Assembly: GCA_937871125.1 (NCBI GenBank)
Contig: CALMXT010000154.1
Coordinates: 1-42,152 of the forward strand
Length of the DNA: 42,152 bases
Source: an uncultured Zoogloea sp.
GTDB taxonomy: Bacteria > Pseudomonadota > Gammaproteobacteria > Burkholderiales > Rhodocyclaceae
Direction: 5' to 3'
The notes under the pieces are model-generated. The model made no database searches. It was not told the DNA's origin and saw only the letters and a list, made by a program, of their open reading frames with translations. The position numbers and the translations under genes were made by a program. This document shows positions 9,301-15,229 of the stretch, one piece after another (within the stretch, counting starts at the first letter, position 1; each line of letters starts with the position of its first letter).

Positions 9301-9454
9301 CCACGTTGGTGACGAGGGCCGAGTCCTGACCGTCGGCGCCGCGGCTGCCGGGGCGGGTCAGTCCAGCCGGCAATCGCACCGGCTGGCCGTCTGATGTGGC
9401 GGCGGATTCGCGGACGACGGGGAGCCGGAGGAGTGGGGGCGGGGTGGCGGTCAC
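3353..9454 (-). CDS. 2033-aa multidomain protein: two alpha/beta-hydrolase (lipase/LCAT/PGAP1-like) domains, macro-like/M17-N-like domain, CHAT caspase-like protease, C-terminal TPR-like helical region
   Basis: Hydrolase 1: FIHGTGS, THSRGG (S297), NDLVVD, INHF. Hydrolase 2: FLPGIMGS, FAYDWR, AHSMGG (S708), LGTPNHG, GDGSV, VDHS. CHAT: LPWEML, LADLPGATREG, ISAHG (H1517), LVFLSCC (C1561), VVAAGWEVDD, WGAYQAYGDP. GTG start with AGGA 8 nt upstream. Confidence 0.85.
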   Translation of the reverse strand: MTATPPPLLRLPVVRESAATSDGQPVRLPAGLTRPGSRGADGQDSALVTNVVATRTWTLSPASRSEDAPDKIDLAPDAGLLALEAADGTTIFMRADALAERLASLAQSRPELRGADATLDLAALRPRDANNRGVGEWIWRQVTALTLVPDKITDLAGEKLAELTGKAVENMAVAGASALGAKAIVWAIEQKLAGQPGLYPWRGGALDASARLDEGDPALAELIDKPGLIFIHGTGSHTLGAFGELPGSRSWEKLVDQFEGRLFGFEHPTFSESPIDNALALVRLLPKGARISLVTHSRGGLVGDLLCLDPSPDEDARLALLVGNYRPRPRERLKDKLNPIAQAELENFASQEQAKLTELIQQLRQKALRIERYVRVASPARGTSLLSDNFDLFLSGLLTLVRRFGGWTAGAAAGIASGPGAALAAKAAADKSLAFLTRVVLEIANRRLEPHLLPGIEAMLPDAPMGMLLASAPSRPGLVMGIVAGDIEGGGMIKRLGAMFTDWMFFDRANNDLVVDTASMYGGLAGQARAQAIFVRGENINHFRYFRDDSATADGRPLPAALHRWLSDDSPADLAEWTTPALPELEPPPAAATRGDAKPPEAVLVFLPGIMGSHLAANGDKIWLDPVKLAIGRLTRIAMNTDAQVSEAGFVNLAYGRLADHLSATHTLIRFAYDWRQPIADLGKKLATTLRSALADNPDKPVRILAHSMGGLVVRAAFAHDKTLWDAIVARDGGRLVMLGTPNHGAHLFVDTLLGQSDTIRTLARVDLRHDMQDILDIVAGFPGAVHLLPAPDFIDTGNTTARNYHDPQTWSTLAALNDDFWFGHRLGGKPAAELLQQARDFWFAVADTAWVRKAPERIAYVFGQSDNTPCGLREQTDANRKPTGFLLCGTPQGDGSVTWASGHLPDLPADRKWLMPVDHSGLTSTEKYFDEILALLSRGSPRKLATLPVSRGDEADAAAVRTYRAGPPEGYPGAAEATVRLLGGRIRRTAPQGRNRVLHVSVTAMDLRFVQIPVLCGHYRGDPIAAAESVIDRYLVDGALSQRQRLGIHSGELGNATVVLMPRTPEERQRLTGRGAVVVGLGEMGKLSADGVTEAVRGGVLRYLLHASDRYGEEQPDRPQDDADPTLRLRLASLLIGSNSALQLDVGEAVKAVALGVLLANRDFDNGADRPDARRAFVAELQIVEVFRDTAISAAYAVSRLGTTLKNELQTLKQTLDTADELRFGEGMRQRLGVSPFTDYWPRLVICDADREETGCSAECYTPRFQLPLPPENLRQILRLYGCGDKVADGHLPIPTGLDEAPSPRYAGRLKFIFMSDKARAESIVQLRQPGLVEKLCESSFNGGTPTLYAPDAGFGNTMFQLLVPLEFKAAARQMDNLILMVDDSSANLPWEMLEVDGRPLVLRSRVVRQFVTPRFRRQIVRTDQLSACVIANPDTHGFHAQFGGPGWKPALGPDGQPKEDRLADLPGATREGDTVSRTLTDAGYNVTPVPSDSVAGDVFTRLFARPYRILMISAHGIHAKRAADGSYRSGVVLSDGLLLSATEIGLMENVPDLVFLSCCHLGKIGPEAGAGSNRLAYSLSRELIDMGVRCVVAAGWEVDDSAAQTFTETFFTEMAGHNASFGDAIKTARRAAFDAHPGCNTWGAYQAYGDPSFQLKVQRGAAPDNQEMHAPDELIDWLEQRRLDSRLATAGQNRKAAELKTVGFKAVAQRVKTRLKNVPETWIDLPEVQQAIGRLYGAYGREGFQPAREALLKAIGQDSTRGLVSIATIEQLANIEARQAEQISEAGPDQDLNAAASLARDAIARLESLIALSAVQPHARQEASRGASRTPERQAILGSAHKRRAIVLARSGKPWKEVAAALTVARDAYACGEGSPESTSEWNPYCSLNRLQIDILLGPTDDLQAQLARCEAAARARFERNYSFFDAVMPADTELTRWLCDKAADTDEAACQRLAVCYRSAVRSLTYTRRELDSVTAQLTIFADLLDCRAADRDTERASLLRQLAVALGKPEAPHTQADRAKGSEKDSAKP

Positions 9455-9578
9455 GATGGCGGTCCTGGAACGGGGGCGCTACGGGGGCGAATGCCCCGGC
9501 CGGCCGGGCGACGGGCCGGGGCGACGATAAAGGCTGTCCGCCGGAACGGGCCGGGTGGCCCAAGCCGGTTGCCGTGAG

Positions 9579-10376
9579 TCAGGCGAACACTTTCCAGGAC
9601 CGGGCGGTGCGGCTGCCGAAAATCTGCGGGTTCTGCGGCAACTGGTTGGTGGGCAGATAGGCGGGGGTGATGGCCTTGAACCAGTCCGCGTAGCTGGCGC
9701 CGGCCGGCAGGGCGGCAAGCGCCTTGAGGGCGTAGTAGGTGAAGGCGCCGTTGGGGCGTCCTTTGAAGCTGGTGTCCCAGCTGTATTGGGTGTCGGTGCA
9801 GCCGGCCAGGAGCAGGTCGCCACCGCTGCGCGTGAGGCCGCTCAAGATGGGTAGCCGGGAAACCCGCGGGGCGGGAATGTCTTCGGCTTTCATCCAGACG
9901 CTGGGCGGCAGGAAGCGGGCGCGCGGCAGACCGGGGTCGAGGTCGCTGTCGTCGCCGCGGGTGACGCTGCCGGAGTGGCAGCTGTCGGAAATCAGCAGCA
10001 CCCGCACGCCGGCTGCGTGGTTGGCGAAAATGAGGCCGATCTCGTCGTCGAGCAGCACCTTGCCGGAGCCGATGTCCCACGGGCACAGGGCTTCGTCGCG
10101 GCCGTCGGGCTCGTCGCCGTTCTTGTCGGGTGCCCAGGTGCCGTGGCCGGAATAGGTGACGACTACGGTGTCGCCCTTGGCGGCGCCCGAGATGAGGCTG
10201 CTCATGGCGGCGACCATCGCGGCCTTGGTGGCCTGGGCGTCGATCAGTTTGGTGACGGCGAAGCCGCGCGCGGCAAGGGCTGCGGCCCAGTCGGTGGCGT
10301 CATTGACGCAGCCGGAGAGGTCGTTCTGGGTGCCGGGGTAATCGTTGATGCCGATGCACAGCGCTTTCTTGCTCAT
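9579..10376 (-). CDS. Standalone metacaspase / peptidase C14 family protein
   Basis: KALCIGINDY..LSGCVNDA, YSGHG (H78), DGRDEALCPWD, ISDSCHSG (C133), NGAFTY, QNPQ; AGGAGG RBS. Confidence 0.93.
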   Translation of the reverse strand: MSKKALCIGINDYPGTQNDLSGCVNDATDWAAALAARGFAVTKLIDAQATKAAMVAAMSSLISGAAKGDTVVVTYSGHGTWAPDKNGDEPDGRDEALCPWDIGSGKVLLDDEIGLIFANHAAGVRVLLISDSCHSGSVTRGDDSDLDPGLPRARFLPPSVWMKAEDIPAPRVSRLPILSGLTRSGGDLLLAGCTDTQYSWDTSFKGRPNGAFTYYALKALAALPAGASYADWFKAITPAYLPTNQLPQNPQIFGSRTARSWKVFA

Positions 10377-10549
10377 GATCAGGTCTCCTCCTGGATGCGG
10401 TGGGCCGGGCCCAAAGGCCGACAGCCTGCAATGGCTGCGGTCCTGAGATCAGTTAAGCAGAGGGCGATGAAAGGTCAACGGCAAGACGACGGAATGTTGA
10501 TCCAGCGACGGGAAATGACGGGCGGCAAGGGAAGCCGCCCGGACCGCGA

Positions 10550-11476
10550 TCAGCTGCGCGGCGTGAGGCTGAGTTCGCGCAAGGCCTGTACCTGGTCGAG
10601 GATGGGCTGCGGGATGCTTGCGCTGCCGGCCAGCATCGCACGGATGCGCGCGGCGTTGGCGCTCACTTCCGGGCTGTCGGTCTGGCCTTCGACGGGCGGT
10701 GTGCCGCCTTCCTCGGCCGGGAAGGCGACGCGCGCTGCGCCGTTGGCGAAGACCTGGAGTTGCGGTCGGCGGCGCGGGTTGGCGAAGGCCTCGCCCTCGG
10801 TGCCGCGCAGCAGCATGGCCACGCCGCCGTCGGCGACGAGGTGGGTGTGGAGGCGTTCGAGGTATTCGGGGTGGGTGACCGAGACGACCCGCACGCTGTG
10901 GCCGGGGGCCGGGTCGAGAATCTTGGCGAGGGTGTGGGAGCTGTTGCGCAGGCCGAGCCGCGGACGCAGGGCGAGGAGGGGATCGAGGCCGGGGGCGAGG
11001 GTGTCGAGGGGCAGGCAGGCCAGGTGGCGCGCGGCGAGTTGGGCTTCGGCTTCGGCGATGCTGGCGGCAGGGGTGATGTCGAGCGCGGCGAGGAGCTCGA
11101 AGGGGCTCACCCGGCTTTCGAAGTCGTGGCGCCCCTGGATCAGCACCGGCACGCCTTCCCGCGCCAGCAGCAGGGCGACGAGCGGCATCAGGTTGGCTTG
11201 GCGGCGGGCGCCGTTATAGGTGGGCAGCACCACGAGACGCGGGCCGGGCGGCACCGCGATGTGATGGGTGCGGGCGTCGAGCGCGCGCTGAAAGCCGAGG
11301 AGTTCTTCGCGGGATTCGGCCTTGATGCGCATGGACAGGAGAATGGCGCCCAACTCCAGGTCGGGCACACGTCCGTCCATCATGTCGCCGAAGAGGGATT
11401 CGGCTTGTTCGACGGTGAGGGGCTTGGAGCCTTTCGGCCCGCGGCCGATTTCCTTGATGAGGGGGGCGTAGGACAT
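10550..11476 (-). CDS. ybiB: YbiB family DNA-binding protein (TrpD2, glycosyltransferase family 3-like)
   Basis: IKEIGRGPKGSKPL, DLELGAILLSMRIKAES, PTYNGAR, LRPRLGLRNSSHT, SVTHPEY, LLRGTEGEAFANPRR; start taken at ATG 11476 (MSYAPLIKEIG). Confidence 0.88.
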   Translation of the reverse strand: MSYAPLIKEIGRGPKGSKPLTVEQAESLFGDMMDGRVPDLELGAILLSMRIKAESREELLGFQRALDARTHHIAVPPGPRLVVLPTYNGARRQANLMPLVALLLAREGVPVLIQGRHDFESRVSPFELLAALDITPAASIAEAEAQLAARHLACLPLDTLAPGLDPLLALRPRLGLRNSSHTLAKILDPAPGHSVRVVSVTHPEYLERLHTHLVADGGVAMLLRGTEGEAFANPRRRPQLQVFANGAARVAFPAEEGGTPPVEGQTDSPEVSANAARIRAMLAGSASIPQPILDQVQALRELSLTPRS

Positions 11477-11841
11477 GGCGGCAGTTACGGTGGAATGGAA
11501 AATAGGGCGAGTGTAGCGGATGCCGGGGGATGAGCTGCGGCCGCAAGAAAATCTTGCCCGAGCCGGGTAGGACGCGCTGTGGCGAGGGTCTTGTGCCTCT
11601 CGGGGCAGGTGCGTTATGCGGGCTGTGGCGCTGCTTTCAGAACGGAGGGGGTCGTTGGGCCGACTCCGGACTTGCCGTCCTTTTTGCCGCACGCTGGAAT
11701 GCCGCTTCATCCGGGGTGGGGGCGGGCCGCATGTAGCCGGGATGGGCGGCGCGAGGGCTGGCCCGTCGGCGGGGCGTTCTGGTGGTTGCCACTGGCGGCG
11801 TTCCCCCGCTAACCTCTCCGTTTTTGCTCGCGGGGCTTCAC

Positions 11842-12714
11842 ATGAAAGTCGGTTTCATCGGTCTGGGCATCATGGGGCGCCCGATGGCCCTCAATCTTCT
11901 CAAGGGCGGTTTCGATCTCACCGTATGGGCGCGGCGTGCCGAGTCGATGGCGCCGCTGCTGGAAGCGGGCGCCAAGGGCGCCGGCGGGCCGGCGGAGGTG
12001 GCGGCGGCTTGCGACGTGGTTTTTTCGATGGTGTCCGACGCGGCCGACGTGGAGCAGGTGGCGCTGGGGGCGGGCGGTGTGGCCGACGGAGCGCGGGCCG
12101 GGCTGATCTTCGTGGATATGAGCACCATCGCGCCGGCGGCGGCCCAGGGCATTGCCACGCGGCTCGCGGAGCGGGGCGTGAGCATGCTCGACGCACCGGT
12201 GTCGGGCGGCGAGGTGGGGGCGATCAGCGGCGGACTGACGATCATGGTCGGCGGCGACGAGGCGGCCTTCGAAAAGGTGAAGCCGATGCTGGCTTCGATG
12301 GGCAAGTCGGTGACGCTGATCGGTGGCTCCGGTGCCGGGCAGGTGACCAAGGCGTGCAATCAGATTCTGACCGGCGTTACGGTGGTGGCGGTTGCCGAGG
12401 CTTTCAACTTCGCGCGCAAGAGCGGCGTGGATGCGGGTAAGGTGCGCGAGGCGCTGCTGGGCGGTTTTGCCTATAGCAAAATCCTCGAAAACCACGGCCA
12501 GCGCATGCTGGACCGCAATTTCAAGCCGGGTTTCAAGGCCTGGATGCATCAGAAGGACATGAACATCGTGATGCAGGAAGCCCATCGGCTCGGGCTGATG
12601 CTGCCCAACAGCGCGGCCACGGCGCAGCTTTTCAATGCGATGGTCGGTAGCGGCATGGGCGAGGAGGATTCGGTCGCCGCGCTCAAACTGTTCGAACGTC
12701 TGTCGGGAGACTGA
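11842..12714 (+). CDS. 2-hydroxy-3-oxopropionate reductase-like beta-hydroxyacid dehydrogenase (GarR/GlxR/MmsB family)
   Basis: KVGFIGLGIMGRPMA Rossmann motif, DAPVSGG, catalytic Lys in TKACNQ, FKPGFKAWMHQKD; start taken at ATG 11842. Confidence 0.9.
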   Translation: MKVGFIGLGIMGRPMALNLLKGGFDLTVWARRAESMAPLLEAGAKGAGGPAEVAAACDVVFSMVSDAADVEQVALGAGGVADGARAGLIFVDMSTIAPAAAQGIATRLAERGVSMLDAPVSGGEVGAISGGLTIMVGGDEAAFEKVKPMLASMGKSVTLIGGSGAGQVTKACNQILTGVTVVAVAEAFNFARKSGVDAGKVREALLGGFAYSKILENHGQRMLDRNFKPGFKAWMHQKDMNIVMQEAHRLGLMLPNSAATAQLFNAMVGSGMGEEDSVAALKLFERLSGD

Positions 12715-12716
12715 CG

Positions 12717-13595
12717 GTGCGGGTCGGGTTTGTCGGGTTGGGGGTGATGGGCCTGCCGATGGCCGGCCACCTGCTGGCCGCGGGTCACGAACTGGCGGTC
12801 TGGGCGCGTCGGCCCGAAGCGGCCGCGCCCTTGGTCGACGCTGGCGCGACGCTGTGCGCAAGCCCGGCCCAGTTGGCGGCGCGGAGCGACGTGGTGATTT
12901 CGATCGTCACCGGCAGCGCCGACGTGGAGCAGCTGGCCTTCGGGCCGGGCGGGCTGGTCGAAGGTTTTGCGCCGGGCGGCATCCATGTGGACATGAGTAC
13001 CATCGCACCGGGCATGGCCCGCCGGCTTGCGGCGCGCTACGCCGAACGGGGCATCGGCTGGCTGGATGCGCCGGTGTCGGGCGGCGGGCTGGGGGCGCAG
13101 GAGGCCACGTTGGCGATCATGGCCGGCGGCGCGGCAGCGACGCTGGAGGCGGTTCGACCGTTGTTCGCCTGCCTTGGCAAAACCGTGGTCCACATCGGCG
13201 AGGCCGGGGCCGGGCAGGTAGCCAAGGCCTGCAACCAGATGTTGATGGTGAATGCGATCCAGGCGGCCGCCGAGGCCATGCGCCTGGCCGCCGCCCACGG
13301 GCTCGATCTCCTGCGGGTACGCGAGGCGCTGGCGGGCGGTTCGGCGGGCTCGAAGGTGCTCGACGTGATGGGCGGGCGGATGGCCCGGCGGGATTTCGTG
13401 GCCGGTATCCAGGCGCGTCTGCACCACAAGGATTTCGCGATGCTGATGGACGAGGCGCGCCAGCTCGGGGCGCCTTTGCCGGTGGCCACGCAAACCTGGC
13501 AGCAACTCAACGCGCTGATGGCCCTGGGCGGCGGGCGGATGGATACTTCCAGCTTGCTCAAGGTGCTTGAAGCGCCAGTGGAGAAAATGCAGTGA
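12717..13595 (+). CDS. Second beta-hydroxyacid dehydrogenase paralog (NAD(P)-dependent oxidoreductase)
   Basis: RVGFVGLGVMGLPMA, DMSTIAP, DAPVSGG, AKACNQ, LHHKD; GTG start 2 nt after the previous stop. Confidence 0.88.
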   Translation: MRVGFVGLGVMGLPMAGHLLAAGHELAVWARRPEAAAPLVDAGATLCASPAQLAARSDVVISIVTGSADVEQLAFGPGGLVEGFAPGGIHVDMSTIAPGMARRLAARYAERGIGWLDAPVSGGGLGAQEATLAIMAGGAAATLEAVRPLFACLGKTVVHIGEAGAGQVAKACNQMLMVNAIQAAAEAMRLAAAHGLDLLRVREALAGGSAGSKVLDVMGGRMARRDFVAGIQARLHHKDFAMLMDEARQLGAPLPVATQTWQQLNALMALGGGRMDTSSLLKVLEAPVEKMQ

Positions 13596-14110
13596 TCAAA
13601 CCTGAAGGCCGTCGTCGCTTTGCCGTGCTGGCCGCGGCCACCCTGGGGCTCTCGGTGCTTGGCGGCTGCGCCGGCTTTCACTTCGGCTTGCAGAAGCCCG
13701 AGGTGTCCTTGGCCGATATCCGTCTGCTCGACGGCAATCTGCTGGAGCAGCGCTTTTTGCTGAGCTTGCGGGTGACCAATCCGAACAACGTGGATATTCC
13801 GGTCGAAGGTCTGAACTTCACCCTGGACATCAACGGCGGGCACTTTGCCCGCGGTGTGGGCAATCAGCCGGTCGTGATCCCGCGCCTGGGCGAAGCGATG
13901 GTGGAGGTCACGGCAACCACCGGCCTCGGCAGCTTTCTGCGCCAGTTCAAGGAGCTGGCGAAGGGGCGCGACAAGATGGAATACCGCCTCAAGGGCCGCC
14001 TTGTGACCGGCAATCTGGGCGGTTTCGATTTCGACCGGAGCGGCGACGTCGGCGCATTGAAGGGGCTGGGTGAGCCGGCCGGCCGGAAGCCGCCTTCCGA
14101 GCAGTTCTGA
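13592..14110 (+). CDS. LEA type 2 / WHy domain lipoprotein
   Basis: Signal peptide with lipobox LGGC; PEVSLADI..LLEQRFLLSLRVTNPN...LDING..FARG; GTGA overlap with the upstream gene. Confidence 0.82.
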   Translation: MIKPEGRRRFAVLAAATLGLSVLGGCAGFHFGLQKPEVSLADIRLLDGNLLEQRFLLSLRVTNPNNVDIPVEGLNFTLDINGGHFARGVGNQPVVIPRLGEAMVEVTATTGLGSFLRQFKELAKGRDKMEYRLKGRLVTGNLGGFDFDRSGDVGALKGLGEPAGRKPPSEQF

Positions 14111-14176
14111 TCGGTCCATTCAAATTGCGGCGTTCGGTATGGCCGGACGCCGCGTCCATTTTTCCGAACGTTTTCC

Positions 14177-14899
14177 GTGAATCCAAAATTTGCTGAATTC
14201 CTGGCGGGCTGCCGGGATGAAGCGCCGCTTCAGCTCGGGGTGATGCCCTTCGGCATGCTTTATGGGATCGGCGCCCTGGCGGCCGGCTTGCCGGCGTGGA
14301 TCGCCCAGTTGGCATCGGCGGTGGTTTTTGCCGGTGCGGCGCAGCTCGTGATCGTGCAGATGCTGGCGGCGGGGGCCGGGGCGCTGCCGATCGGCCTGAC
14401 CGCCGGCCTGCTCAACTTGCGCCACATGCTTTATAGCGTGTCGATGGCCGAGCACCTGCGCCATCTGCCGCGGCGTTGGCGCCTGCTGCTGGCCTATCTG
14501 TTGACCGACGAAGCCTATGCCGTGGCGATCCTGCGCTATCGGGCGACGCCACCGCCCGAGGGCGCGGGAGCCGGGAGTCCGGATCTGCGCCACTGGTATT
14601 TTCTGGGTTGCGGTTTCACCTTGTGGCTGACCTGGCAGTTGTCCACGGCGGCCGGGCTGTTGTTTGGGGCAAGCGTTCCGGCGGGCTGGGACATCGATTT
14701 CGCGGTGCCGCTGACCTTCATCGCGCTGCTCACTCTGTTGATGCGCGAGCGGGCCGGGCAGGCGGCGGCGCTGGTGGCGGCACTTGCCGCGCTGGCCTTG
14801 GCAACGCTGCCCTACAAACTCGGATTGGTGGCGGCGATCCTGCTCGGCTTGTTTGCCGGCGTATGGGCGACACGGCTCGGGCGGGAGCGCGGGCGATGA
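14177..14899 (+). CDS. azlC: AzlC family branched-chain amino acid exporter permease
   Basis: PFGMLYG, VFAGAAQL, LLNLRHMLYS, LLTDEAYA, DFAVPLTFIALL; hydrophobic throughout. Confidence 0.9.
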   Translation: MNPKFAEFLAGCRDEAPLQLGVMPFGMLYGIGALAAGLPAWIAQLASAVVFAGAAQLVIVQMLAAGAGALPIGLTAGLLNLRHMLYSVSMAEHLRHLPRRWRLLLAYLLTDEAYAVAILRYRATPPPEGAGAGSPDLRHWYFLGCGFTLWLTWQLSTAAGLLFGASVPAGWDIDFAVPLTFIALLTLLMRERAGQAAALVAALAALALATLPYKLGLVAAILLGLFAGVWATRLGRERGR

Positions 14900-15219
14900 G
14901 TCTTGAGGCCATGCTGGCGCTGCTGGCGGCGATCGGCATCGTCACCTTTTTGTACCGTTACGCGATGATCGGGCTGTTTGCCAAGCGCAGCCTGCCGGCT
15001 TGGTTGCATGCCTTGTGCCGTCATATCGCGCCGGCCAGTTTTGCGGCGCTGACCGCAAGCGAGCTGTTCGTGCACGGCGGGGAGGTGGTGCTGGCCCTTG
15101 CTGCGCCCAAGCCGTGGGCTGCGCTGGTGGCCGCGCTGGTGGCGTGGCGCACCGGCAATGTGCTGGCGACCATCGGCGCCGGGATGGCGGCGTTGTACCT
15201 GTTCAAGAATCTGTTCTGA
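14896..15219 (+). CDS. azlD: AzlD family small membrane subunit
   Basis: ATGA overlap with azlC; 107 aa hydrophobic; IGIVTFLYRY, VAWRTGNVLATIGAGM. It is the C-terminal part of the 14476-15219 ORF in the track. Confidence 0.85.
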   Translation: MSLEAMLALLAAIGIVTFLYRYAMIGLFAKRSLPAWLHALCRHIAPASFAALTASELFVHGGEVVLALAAPKPWAALVAALVAWRTGNVLATIGAGMAALYLFKNLF

Positions 15220-15229
15220 TCGGCAGGGT

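Noticed and set aside
3353-10376. Module as part of a CRISPR type III-E/Craspase, CBASS or gasdermin locus
   Set aside because: No cas genes, repeat-spacer array, nucleotide cyclase or gasdermin-like ORF is visible in the window.
10450-10480. Sigma70 promoter for the metacaspase (minus-strand TTGACC-N17-TAACTG)
   Set aside because: The -35 is good but the -10 lacks the conserved final T; too weak to call without TSS data.
10550-11476. Anthranilate phosphoribosyltransferase TrpD
   Set aside because: It lacks the TrpD GTGGD PRPP-binding motif and has YbiB-type motifs (YNGAR, GTEGE); no trp genes are nearby.
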